64,000 nt of DNA from an uncultured Bacilli bacterium (GTDB lineage: Bacteria; Bacillota_I; Bacilli_A; RF39; UBA660): positions 25,698 through 89,697 of the forward strand of contig CANQBL010000002.1 in the NCBI GenBank assembly GCA_947589105.1, written 5' to 3'. Below are positions 38,077-47,262 of the stretch, in pieces (the stretch's first letter is position 1; the number at the start of each line of letters is the position of its first letter). The position numbers and the translations under genes were made by a program. Under the pieces are notes generated by a model, which ran no database searches, was not told the DNA's origin, and saw only the letters and a program-made list of their open reading frames with translations.

Positions 38077-39282
38077 ATGAAAAAAATATGTTTTTTTATT
38101 GTTTGTATGTTTTTCTTTGTACCGTTTGTTTTTGCTGTTACAAATGAAGAGGGTATTGGAGAAAAAAATGAGAAAAACCAAACTGAAACAAGTACTTTAG
38201 ATGATGGTTTATTAAATGATGGTAAAAGTGCAATACTAATAGAAGCATCAACGGGAAAGATCCTTTATGAAAAAAATTCTCATGAACGTTATGCTCCTGC
38301 TTCTATGACCAAAATAATGAGCATGATTCTTATTATGGAGGCAATAGAAAAAGGAAAATTAAAATGGAATGATGTTTTAGTTACTAGTGAATATGCGTCT
38401 TCAATGGGTGGGTCTCAAATATTTTTACAACCTAATGAAAAAATGAGTGTTAAAGACTTATTTAAAGCTGTTGCTATAGGTTCTGCTAATGATGCAACGG
38501 TAGTTTTTGCTGAAACAATAGCAGGAACTGAGGAAAAATTCGTAAGTAAAATGAATGATAAAGCTAAAAAATTAGGTCTTAAAGATACCAATTTTAAAAA
38601 TGCGGTAGGATTAGATGAAGCTAATCATTATTCTTCTGCTTATGACATGTCCATAATGGCAAAAGAACTAGTTAAACATGAAAAAATATTTGATTTTACT
38701 ACGGTTTATGAAGATTATTTAAGACAAAATACTGATAATAAATTTTGGTTAGTTAACACTAATAAGTTAATTAAAACATACGAAGGAGCCGATGGTCTTA
38801 AAACGGGTTATACAAAAGAAGCAGGATACTGTTTAACTGCAACTGCTAAAAAAAATGACATGAGACTTATTGCAACCATCATGGGAGCAAGTGATAGCAA
38901 AAAAAGAAATAGTAACATGGCAACCCTTTTAGATTATGGATATAACTCTTATGAAATACAAGTAGAGGTAAAAAAAGGGGAAACAGTATCTAAAAAAAAT
39001 ATCACAAAAGCAAAAGATCAAATAGTAGAAATAGTTCCTAAAAATGATGCTAGCGTACTAATAGAAAAAGGAGAAGAAAATAAAAATTTAAATTATGAAA
39101 TAGATTTAGGTAAAATTAAATTGCCAATTAAAAGTGGTGATAAGGTAGGAATATTAAAGTTAAAAGATGGAAATAAAGTAGTAAGTACGGTAGATTTAAC
39201 GGTTAAAAAAGATGTTCAAAAAGCTAGTATATTACAATTGTATAAAAGATCAATTAAAAGTGTATTATCAGGAAATATGTAA
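38077..39282 (+). CDS. dacF: D-alanyl-D-alanine carboxypeptidase (PBP5/DacF-like)
   Basis: Signal peptide; SXXK (SMTK), SXN (SAND) and KTG (KTGYT) motifs; C-terminal PBP5_C domain. Lies two genes upstream of spoIIAA-sigF, as dacF does in Bacillus. Confidence 0.8.
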   Translation: MKKICFFIVCMFFFVPFVFAVTNEEGIGEKNEKNQTETSTLDDGLLNDGKSAILIEASTGKILYEKNSHERYAPASMTKIMSMILIMEAIEKGKLKWNDVLVTSEYASSMGGSQIFLQPNEKMSVKDLFKAVAIGSANDATVVFAETIAGTEEKFVSKMNDKAKKLGLKDTNFKNAVGLDEANHYSSAYDMSIMAKELVKHEKIFDFTTVYEDYLRQNTDNKFWLVNTNKLIKTYEGADGLKTGYTKEAGYCLTATAKKNDMRLIATIMGASDSKKRNSNMATLLDYGYNSYEIQVEVKKGETVSKKNITKAKDQIVEIVPKNDASVLIEKGEENKNLNYEIDLGKIKLPIKSGDKVGILKLKDGNKVVSTVDLTVKKDVQKASILQLYKRSIKSVLSGNM

Positions 39283-39310
39283 AGACCTTTCAAGGTCTTT
39301 TTAATATTTA
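39283..39310 (+). terminator. Rho-independent terminator after dacF
   Basis: AAGACCTT-tc-AAGGTCTT followed by TTTAATATTT. Confidence 0.65.
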
Positions 39311-39374
39311 TTTTAAAATATATATAGCTAATAAATATATTAAGATGTTATAATAAAAAAGGAGATGATATAAA

Positions 39375-40349
39375 ATGAACGTGACAATATTAGGAGCAGG
39401 AGCTTATGCTTTAGCGCTAGCACTAAGATTTAATAAAAATAATAATAAAATAGTAATTTGGTCAGCAGTTAAAAAAGAAATATTAGAGTTAAATAAAACC
39501 AAAAAAAATGAAAAAGCTTTACCTGGAATTATTATGCCGGATAATTTTATTTATACAACAGATGAAAAAAAGGCTATAGAAGGTTCTGATATAGTGGTTT
39601 TGGCAGTTGCAACTAAATATTTATCTAGTGTTTGTAATACCATAAAACCATATATAAAAAATAAACATATAGTAATAGCATCGAAGGGAATAGAACAAGA
39701 AACTAATAATTTTGCTAGTAATATAGTTAAGAATAAACTAAAAACAAGAAAATTATGTACGATATCAGGTCCTTCTTTTGCAAAGGATATGGCATCGGAT
39801 GAATTAATAGGGTTATCACTTGCTACTACTAATAATAAGACAAAACAAGTTGTTATTAAGGCATTGTCATCAAGTACTTTAAAAATAAGGTCTACTAATG
39901 ATTTTTTAGGCGTTGAACTTTGTGGGACCTTAAAAAACGTAATAGCTGTAGCATCAGGTATATTAGATGGAATGAAAGTATCAGAATCTACTAAAGCAAT
40001 GTTTTTAACAGAAAGTTTAAATGATACAAGAAAACTTATAAAGAAAATAGGAGGAAATGAAAAAACAATTCTTTCTTTCGCTGGTTTTGGGGATATATTG
40101 TTAACTTGTACCTCTTTAAGCTCCCGAAATTACTATTATGGAAAGTTAATAGGAGAAGGGAAAAGTAAAGAAAAATTAAATGAATATTTAAATAATAATA
40201 CAGTAGAGGGAGTGTACACTTTAAAATCAATTTATGGGTTAATAAAAAGTAAAAGGGTTAAAATGCCATTTATTGATCTTATTTATGATGTTGTTTTTGA
40301 CTATCGTAACACTAAGGATATATTACCATTTTTAAAAGAAAAAGAGTAA
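39375..40349 (+). CDS. gpsA: NAD(P)H-dependent glycerol-3-phosphate dehydrogenase
   Basis: N-terminal GAGAYALALA Rossmann motif and the GTLKNVIAVASGILDGM catalytic region. Confidence 0.8.
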   Translation: MNVTILGAGAYALALALRFNKNNNKIVIWSAVKKEILELNKTKKNEKALPGIIMPDNFIYTTDEKKAIEGSDIVVLAVATKYLSSVCNTIKPYIKNKHIVIASKGIEQETNNFASNIVKNKLKTRKLCTISGPSFAKDMASDELIGLSLATTNNKTKQVVIKALSSSTLKIRSTNDFLGVELCGTLKNVIAVASGILDGMKVSESTKAMFLTESLNDTRKLIKKIGGNEKTILSFAGFGDILLTCTSLSSRNYYYGKLIGEGKSKEKLNEYLNNNTVEGVYTLKSIYGLIKSKRVKMPFIDLIYDVVFDYRNTKDILPFLKEKE

Positions 40350-40365
40350 AAAAACCCCAAAAAAG

Positions 40366-40392
40366 GAACACTAATTTGAAGTGTTTTTTTTT
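40366..40392 (+). terminator. Rho-independent terminator after gpsA
   Basis: GGAACACT-aatttga-AGTGTT followed by TTTTTTTTTAT. Confidence 0.65.
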
Positions 40393-40407
40393 ATTTTTGT
40401 AAGCTTG

Positions 40408-40414
40408 TGTCGAA
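40408..40414 (+). promoter_or_regulatory. Spo0A box (TGTCGAA) upstream of the spoIIAA-sigF operon
   Basis: Perfect 7-mer 0A-box consensus, 55 nt upstream of the spoIIAA start codon. Confidence 0.4.
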
Positions 40415-40468
40415 AGTCTTTTTTTTAATGTCTAATAGTGATTAAATAAATTTGTAGGAGGAATTAAG

Positions 40469-40786
40469 TTGCTTAAAGTATTAATGGAATTTAGGAAGGG
40501 AATTCTTTTCGTAAGACTTTATGGAAAACTAGATGATACAACTTTAGATATCTTTGAAAATGATGTTAAGGAGGTGATTATTCAATCTGGTATAAGATAT
40601 GTTGTTTTAAATACTTATAATTTGGAAAGTATATCTAATGAAGGAATTAAGCAGATAAAGCGCCTAAGACGAATACTTAAAAAGACAGATGGTGAATTTT
40701 TCTTGTTTGGAGGGGAAATAAAAGAACTCAAATCTCTGGTCAATCTAGAAAACGAACTAAAGGTATTTGAAAGGGTTGTGATATAG
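40469..40786 (+). CDS. spoIIAA: Anti-sigma factor antagonist (STAS domain; SpoIIAA-like)
   Basis: 105 aa; TTG start after AGGAGG. STAS fold with a candidate phospho-Ser in LESISNEG, aligned to DSSGLGV of SpoIIAA. Confidence 0.7.
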   Translation: MLKVLMEFRKGILFVRLYGKLDDTTLDIFENDVKEVIIQSGIRYVVLNTYNLESISNEGIKQIKRLRRILKKTDGEFFLFGGEIKELKSLVNLENELKVFERVVI

Positions 40787-41454
40787 TGATAGAACAAGCT
40801 TACGAAAAAGTAATCAATCAAAATAGTAAATTAGTATATGGTATTTGCTCTAAATATAGTAATTATAAAGATAAGGAAGACTTACATCAAGTAGGAATGT
40901 TAGGTCTTATAAAAGCCTATAATAATTATGACAATAATAAAAATACTAAATTTTCTACTTATGCTTTTCCATACATTGTAGGAGAGGTAAGTAAATACGT
41001 AAGAGAAAATAAATCTATAAAGGTAAGTAAAGATTTAATTAGGCTAGGAAGAAAGATAAATGAATATATTGATAAACATTTTGAAGTAAGAGGTTATAAA
41101 CCATCTATTAGTAACATAGCTTTAATGTTAGAAGTTAAAGAAGAAAAAGTAATTAGTGCGCTAGATGCTTACGGAATGATTACTAAAAGTTTGGATGAAG
41201 AAATAAATGATGATGGTAAAACAATTACTCTTTTAGACGTAACTCCTACTGAACAAAAGATAAGTAATGAGCAAATGATGGATTTAAAAGAGGCTTTTGA
41301 GTGCTTAAGCGAGCAAGAAAAAGAATTACTAATAAATAGATATTTTAAGGACTTAACACAAAGTGAGGTAGCAGAATTATTTGGTGTTAATCAAGTATAT
41401 GTGTCAAGGTTAGAAAAAAAAGCTTTGACTAAAATGAAAAATAAGATGTCTTAG
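40786..41454 (+). CDS. sigF: Sporulation sigma factor, SigF/SigG family
   Basis: GTG start overlaps the spoIIAA stop (taGTG). Region 2 (KFSTYAFPYIVGEVSKYVRENKSIKVS) and region 4 (YFKDLTQSEVAELFGVNQVYVSRLEKK) are near-identical to B. subtilis SigF/SigG motifs. Confidence 0.8.
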   Translation: MIEQAYEKVINQNSKLVYGICSKYSNYKDKEDLHQVGMLGLIKAYNNYDNNKNTKFSTYAFPYIVGEVSKYVRENKSIKVSKDLIRLGRKINEYIDKHFEVRGYKPSISNIALMLEVKEEKVISALDAYGMITKSLDEEINDDGKTITLLDVTPTEQKISNEQMMDLKEAFECLSEQEKELLINRYFKDLTQSEVAELFGVNQVYVSRLEKKALTKMKNKMS

Positions 41455-41477
41455 GCTAAACAATATTAAAAAAACAC

Positions 41478-41508
41478 GAATAAAACACCTTTAAGATAAG
41501 GTGTTTTA
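41478..41508 (+). terminator. Rho-independent terminator after sigF
   Basis: AAAACACCTT-taagat-AAGGTGTTTT followed by ATTAT. Confidence 0.7.
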
Positions 41509-41601
41509 TTATATGTAAAATTATTTTACATAAGGTATATATTCTTGTTTACTGGGAATATTTTTAATGATAATATTTATTTAGATAATAGGAGTGAAGG
41601 C

Positions 41602-42663
41602 ATGAAAAAGGACGTAACTGAATATTTAGGTTTTGAAAATGAAGATATTAAGAAAAAAGTTGGTAGACCAAAACTTGCAGATAAAAATACTAAAAGAAAA
41701 TCTTTAATTATTGCTGCATTATCTTTTTTTGCTGTTACTCTATTACTTATTTTTGGGTATGGAAGCTTATTTGGATTTAGAAGTACTAATTTATTAGGAA
41801 CAGTAAATAATATAAATAGTAAAAATGTTGATCAAAATATACTTATTACGGACTTATCTGCTTTAATAAAAGATATTACAATAAAAGAAAAAACGGCAAG
41901 AAAGTTATATTTAACGGTGTCACCTGCAAATGCTAGTAATAAAAAAATAATATATAAAAGTTCTGATAATACTATTGCAACGGTTGATTCTAATGGAAAG
42001 GTAACTGGTCTAAAAGAAGGTTTTGTTACTATAAAGGCTATTGCAACGGATGGGTCTTTAAAAACAACAACTTTTAATGTTACGGTTATAAAAGATGCAT
42101 CAGGAAAATGTACTTTTTCTTCTTTAGAAAAAAATAGCAATGGAATTTTTTATCAAATATCTTGCGATAATGCTAAGGTAAAGGAAATTCAATATAAAGT
42201 TGGAAATACTGATTTTAATAAGTTAAGTACAAAAAAATTAAGTGATATAGTTAAATTTTCAAAAGAACAGTTAAATGAAAAAATAACTCTTAAGGTTGTT
42301 TATTATCCAAATAATAGTAAGGTAACTAAGTATTCTACTAGAACGATTAATAACGTTTCTAATACTAAAAAAACAAATGGTAGCTGCGCTCTTACTATTA
42401 AAGAGGTAAAGTCAAATAGTGCTAAATATGATATAACATGTGATAATGCAACCGTAACTAAAATTGCTTATAAAATTGGTAGTGGTAGCTATGTAGGAAT
42501 AGATTCAAGTAGTTTAGCAGATACAATTTTATTTGAAGAAAGTGATATTACTAGGGTAATATATTTTAACGTTGAGTATAATATAGATGGAAGTGATGAA
42601 CTTAAAACAATTTCTAAAAGCAGTGTAATAGAAAAAGTCTCTTCTAATAATTTTGTAAATTGA
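41602..42663 (+). CDS. Membrane-anchored Big_2 (bacterial Ig-like) domain protein with repeated Cys-containing modules
   Basis: N-terminal TM; Big_2 signature (SSDNTIATVDSNGKVTGLKEGFVTIKAIA), then two homologous modules sharing C...Y.I.CDNA.V..I.YK.G. Confidence 0.6.
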   Translation: MKKDVTEYLGFENEDIKKKVGRPKLADKNTKRKSLIIAALSFFAVTLLLIFGYGSLFGFRSTNLLGTVNNINSKNVDQNILITDLSALIKDITIKEKTARKLYLTVSPANASNKKIIYKSSDNTIATVDSNGKVTGLKEGFVTIKAIATDGSLKTTTFNVTVIKDASGKCTFSSLEKNSNGIFYQISCDNAKVKEIQYKVGNTDFNKLSTKKLSDIVKFSKEQLNEKITLKVVYYPNNSKVTKYSTRTINNVSNTKKTNGSCALTIKEVKSNSAKYDITCDNATVTKIAYKIGSGSYVGIDSSSLADTILFEESDITRVIYFNVEYNIDGSDELKTISKSSVIEKVSSNNFVN

Positions 42664-42689
42664 ACTTAAAATAAAATAATATATAAAAA

Positions 42690-42716
42690 AAGACTTATTA
42701 AGTCTTTTTTTGTATA
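42690..42716 (+). terminator. Rho-independent terminator
   Basis: AAAAAGACTTA-tt-AAGTCTTTTTTTG. Confidence 0.7.
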
Positions 42717-42758
42717 AATATATTATTAAAAGATAATTATATAAATGGGTGAATTTTT

Positions 42759-43496
42759 ATGATGCATGATATTTTAAATACTAATTGGTATGAAGTATGG
42801 GTTGTAGCAGCAAGAGCAATATTTTCTCTTGTAACTCTTTTTTTAATTACCAAAATGATAGGAAAAAAACAAGTTTCGGAACTTAGTTTATTTGATTATG
42901 TTATAAGTATATCAATAGGAAATTTTGCAGCGGAAATGACGATGAATTTAGATTCTCAAGTTTTAAATGGCTTTATATCGGTTGTTATTTTTGGTTTTAT
43001 AGCAACAACGGTTTCTATTTTGACAATGAAAAGTGTTGTTTTAAGAAGATTTTTTATGGGAACACCAACCATTATAATTCAGGAGGGTTCTTTTGCATTA
43101 AAAAATCTAAAAAAAATAAAATTTGATATAAATGATTTTTTAGAAACCGCAAGAAGTGCTGGATATTTTGATATTAGTCAAATAAAATATGCGATAATGG
43201 AAGCAGATGGTAAAATAAGTTTTTTACCAAAAGAAGAAAATTTACCAGTTACTAATAAAGACATGAACTTAAAGCCTAGTAAACAGGGTCTTTGTGCAAA
43301 TGTTATAATTGATGGTAAAATAATGAAAAATAATTTAGAAAATATTAATAAGGATAAAGATTGGTTGATAAAAAACTTAAAAATTAAAGGGCATGAAAAA
43401 ATAGAAGATATTTTACTTGCAACCGTTGATGTAAACGAAAAACTAACAGTATTTAATAAAAAAGATATTAAAGACGTTAAAAACGTATTAGAATAA
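42759..43496 (+). CDS. DUF421 (YetF/YdfS-like) membrane protein
   Basis: VAARAIFSLVTLFLITKMIGKKQVSELSLFDYVISISIGNFAAEM is typical of DUF421, followed by a C-terminal DUF1657-like soluble part. Confidence 0.65.
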   Translation: MMHDILNTNWYEVWVVAARAIFSLVTLFLITKMIGKKQVSELSLFDYVISISIGNFAAEMTMNLDSQVLNGFISVVIFGFIATTVSILTMKSVVLRRFFMGTPTIIIQEGSFALKNLKKIKFDINDFLETARSAGYFDISQIKYAIMEADGKISFLPKEENLPVTNKDMNLKPSKQGLCANVIIDGKIMKNNLENINKDKDWLIKNLKIKGHEKIEDILLATVDVNEKLTVFNKKDIKDVKNVLE

Positions 43497-43547
43497 CTAT
43501 ACTTGCTAATTCTTACTTTTTTATGTTATTATTTCTTTGGTGATTAT

Positions 43548-46133
43548 ATGAAAAATAAAATAAAAGAGTATTATAAAAAAAATAAATGGTTATTAATTAC
43601 TTTTTTATTTAGTAGTTTTATTATTTCTATCATATATACTTTAAAACACATTGCACCATTTGGTAATAACTCTATGTTAGACGTTGATTTTTATCATCAG
43701 TATGGACCTTTATTAAATGAATTATATGATCGCGTTAAACAAGGAGAAAATCTTTTATATTCATTTAATACTGGTGGCGGAATACCTTTTTATCGGAATT
43801 TTTTGAATTATTTGTCAAGTCCTTTTAACATAGTAATGTTTTTATTTAAAAAAGAGGATATTGTTATGTCCTTTTCAATAATAATTGGCTTAAAAGCTAT
43901 TTTTGCATCAACTACAATGGCCTATTATTTAAAGAATACGTTTAAAAAAGATGGTTTTTTAATATGTATTTTTGGAACTTTATATGCCTTTTCAGGTTAT
44001 TTTTGTGCTTATTATTGGAATATCATGTGGCTTGATGGAATGGTGTTTTTACCCCTTATTATGTTAGGTATAAATAAGATAATAGATGAAAAAAAGCCTT
44101 TATTTTATACTTTTTTTCTTTCTCTTATGTTATTTTCAAATTATTTTATTGGGTATATGATATGTATTTTTTGTGTACTTTATTTTTTAGGATACTTCTT
44201 TATTAGGAATAACTTTAAAATAAAAAATATTTTATCTAAGTTTTTTATGTTTATTGTATTTTCTTTTTTAGCTGCGGGATTAGTTTCTTTTGCATTATTA
44301 CCACTTTTTTATTCTTTAGAAAGCATATCTGCAACAAAGGATAGTTTTCCATTATTAAGGACTAATTTTGGACTATTAGAATATTTATTTAATCATATTA
44401 CCTCAAGTAATAGAACTGTCTTTGCAAGTGATATATTACCTTTACCTAACGTTTATTCGGGACTTCTTTCAATTTGTTTAATATTACTTTTATTTATTAA
44501 TAAAAAAATAAATAAAAGAACAAAAATCGTAGTTATTTTATTTCTTTTATTATTTTATCTTTCCTTTAACATTAATACATTAGATTATGTTTGGCATGCT
44601 TTTCATGTACCAAATGATTTACCTTGGCGTTATTCTTTTATATATGTATTTGTTTTGATAACCGCTAGTTATTATTCTATTATAAATATGAAGGATATAA
44701 ATAAACTTAAAGTTAGCATATGTTTTATGATAACCTTTGTATTTGTGATGTTAGCCTCTAAATTATCTTTTAAAAATTTAAATGATGATAAAATTATATT
44801 TTGCTTAATAATTATAATTTGTTATTACTTGTTATATCTTTTATCTTTTATAAAAAAAGTTCCTCGAGGTTTAATTAAATTATTGTTTTTATTAGTTGTT
44901 ATGACAGAATGTGTTTATGGTATAAACATAAATTGGGAAATAGACCATGATATAAAATTATTTATGAGTGATAAAAAAACTTATAAACATTTAATAAATA
45001 CTGCAACAAGAATTGATAATGATTTATATAGAATTGAAAAAACTGATTATTTAACTCTTAACGATGGTGCTTGGTATGATTATAAGGCAATGTCAGCTTT
45101 TTCTTCGATGGCATACGAAAATGTTTCTAAGTTTCAAAGAATGATTGGTATGGCAGGAAATGATATTAATAGCTATTATTATAAGTATTTGCAAACCCCG
45201 GTTTATAATACTATTTTTAATATAAAATACATGTTAGGAAATTATATAAATTCACAATATTATAATACAATAGAAGAAAAAAATGGTTATTATTTAACAG
45301 AATATAATTATCCTTCATCTTTAATTTACGTAGTAGATAAAAAAATAAAAAATTTAAAATTAGTACCATATGAGCCTTTTTTAAACCAAAGTAATTTTGT
45401 ATTTTTATCAACTGGTAACGAAGATGTTTTTACACCTGTTAATGTATCTAAAGTAGAAGGTGGTAAAATCCTTGATTTTGATTTTAAAGATAATTCAAAT
45501 GGTGTATTTAACTATGAATTAAATACTGAAAAAAATAGTCTTACCATGGTTTTAGATAATTTAAATCATGATGATATATATCTTTATATTGGTGGTGAAA
45601 AAGTTAGCAGTTTTTATGTAAATGATAGTTATTATAGTATAACGTCTGATGAGTATTATGTAGTTAACGTCCAAAATAAGGATAGTGATACTATAAATGT
45701 GACTATTAACTTTGATGAATCAAAATCTGGATTTTTAAGATTTTATGCTTATAAAATAAATAATGAAATTTTTAATAACTTTTATAATGATATTAAAAGT
45801 GGTTTAATGAAGATAAAAAAATATAATGATTCATTAATTACTGGAACGATAACCTCTTATAAAGAAGGTTGTGCATTTACTAGTATTGCTTACGATAAAG
45901 GCTGGAATGTTTTTGTAGATGGTAAAAAAGTTGATACTTATATAATAGCAGATGCTTATTTAGGATTTGATGTTCCTTTAGGTACGCATGATATTAAACT
46001 TATATTTTATCCTAAAAAACTTAAGGAAGGTATTGTAATATCTATAGTTTCTTTAATTTCTTTACTTTTATATATTTGGTTTAAAAATAAAGCAATATAT
46101 AAAAAAGAACAAAAAGATGAATTTATTGTTTAA
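43548..46133 (+). CDS. YfhO family polytopic membrane protein (putative glycosyltransferase, GT-C like)
   Basis: About 860 aa. The N-terminal 450 aa has 12 or more TM segments with YfhO-type motifs (LDVDFYHQYGPLL...FNTGGGIPFY); a large C-terminal extracytoplasmic domain follows. Confidence 0.65.
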   Translation: MKNKIKEYYKKNKWLLITFLFSSFIISIIYTLKHIAPFGNNSMLDVDFYHQYGPLLNELYDRVKQGENLLYSFNTGGGIPFYRNFLNYLSSPFNIVMFLFKKEDIVMSFSIIIGLKAIFASTTMAYYLKNTFKKDGFLICIFGTLYAFSGYFCAYYWNIMWLDGMVFLPLIMLGINKIIDEKKPLFYTFFLSLMLFSNYFIGYMICIFCVLYFLGYFFIRNNFKIKNILSKFFMFIVFSFLAAGLVSFALLPLFYSLESISATKDSFPLLRTNFGLLEYLFNHITSSNRTVFASDILPLPNVYSGLLSICLILLLFINKKINKRTKIVVILFLLLFYLSFNINTLDYVWHAFHVPNDLPWRYSFIYVFVLITASYYSIINMKDINKLKVSICFMITFVFVMLASKLSFKNLNDDKIIFCLIIIICYYLLYLLSFIKKVPRGLIKLLFLLVVMTECVYGININWEIDHDIKLFMSDKKTYKHLINTATRIDNDLYRIEKTDYLTLNDGAWYDYKAMSAFSSMAYENVSKFQRMIGMAGNDINSYYYKYLQTPVYNTIFNIKYMLGNYINSQYYNTIEEKNGYYLTEYNYPSSLIYVVDKKIKNLKLVPYEPFLNQSNFVFLSTGNEDVFTPVNVSKVEGGKILDFDFKDNSNGVFNYELNTEKNSLTMVLDNLNHDDIYLYIGGEKVSSFYVNDSYYSITSDEYYVVNVQNKDSDTINVTINFDESKSGFLRFYAYKINNEIFNNFYNDIKSGLMKIKKYNDSLITGTITSYKEGCAFTSIAYDKGWNVFVDGKKVDTYIIADAYLGFDVPLGTHDIKLIFYPKKLKEGIVISIVSLISLLLYIWFKNKAIYKKEQKDEFIV

Positions 46134-46230
46134 ATTTATCTTTTTTTGTGATAGAATGTTTATAGTCATAATATGAGAGGGTAAACCAAACATATTTAAA
46201 GGGGTAGGATACATTGTAAGGAGGCTAGTT

Positions 46231-47262
46231 ATGATTGGCGTAATAGAAAGGGTTAAGAATAACGTTCTTTTAAAGTGTAGCGCTTTAAATGATAAAATTA
46301 TTTCTAAAACCCTAATTGATATTATAAATGAAGGCATATATCATTTTGCGGAAGATTTAATGAGTTTGATAAGTGATATAAATTTTGATTTAACAGAAGA
46401 CGACTTACGTAAAAAAACTAGTGATATTATTAAAGTTTTAATTATTAAGAAAATAAAAAGAAAACTTTTTATTGATTCGCTTGCACTTCAAATAACAAAT
46501 GATTCGTATATTGAGGATTATTTTAATAAAAATATTAATTTAGATGAAATAAAAAATTCGTATATTAAAGAACTTAATGTTAATAAAAGTTCTAACCAAC
46601 TTAATATGACAGAAGATCTTAATCTTAATGAAATAATTCAAAATTTACGATTTTATATTAATGAAAATATTACTAACAGTATAAAAGAAAACGTTTTTTT
46701 AGTAAATGCGATAGATTCTTTGATAGAAAAAACAAAAAGTGAATTAGAACAAAGCTTGCAAAATATGATTAATGTTGCGGATTTAAATTATTTGGATATT
46801 TTAACTAACGAATTAAAAGAAAATATGAATGAAGAGAATAAAAAAGTAGAAAAAGGGGAAGAAAAGATGATGGAAAATGAAAGTATAGTTACAAATGATA
46901 ACTTAAAAGAAAACATTCATGATATTAACAAATTTGATAAATATGATGATATGACATTGTTTAATAAAACGATTTTAAGTCTTAATACAAAAGAAGAAAA
47001 ATTAACAAGAAAAGAAAATAGTTTAGAAAAAAGAAAAGAAGAAGTTGACGAACGTTTGAGTGCTACAAATAAAAATATTGAGGCAAACATTGAAAGGGAA
47101 AATAAATTATCTCAAAAGAAGTTAGAATTAAATTCAAAAGAAGTAGAACTTAATTCTAAATTATCAGAGGCTGAGGTAATATTCCTTAATATGAAACCTC
47201 TTATTAAAGGTTTGAACAAAATTATGGTTTCTGATGAGAAAGGTGGTAATGATGGTGAGTAA
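46231..47262 (+). CDS. Hypothetical acidic coiled-coil protein
   Basis: 343 aa with a strong RBS (AAGGAGGCTAGTT-ATG) and an E/K/N-rich C-terminal coiled coil. Confidence 0.45.
   Translation: MIGVIERVKNNVLLKCSALNDKIISKTLIDIINEGIYHFAEDLMSLISDINFDLTEDDLRKKTSDIIKVLIIKKIKRKLFIDSLALQITNDSYIEDYFNKNINLDEIKNSYIKELNVNKSSNQLNMTEDLNLNEIIQNLRFYINENITNSIKENVFLVNAIDSLIEKTKSELEQSLQNMINVADLNYLDILTNELKENMNEENKKVEKGEEKMMENESIVTNDNLKENIHDINKFDKYDDMTLFNKTILSLNTKEEKLTRKENSLEKRKEEVDERLSATNKNIEANIERENKLSQKKLELNSKEVELNSKLSEAEVIFLNMKPLIKGLNKIMVSDEKGGNDGE

Noticed and set aside
37918-38181. 87-aa minus-strand ORF spanning the pdp/dacF junction
   Set aside because: Antisense to two well-supported genes; no RBS.
40036-42140. 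Minus-strand ORFs 40036..40230, 40615..40821 and 41832..42140
   Set aside because: Antisense to gpsA, spoIIAA/sigF and the Big_2 gene; low complexity.
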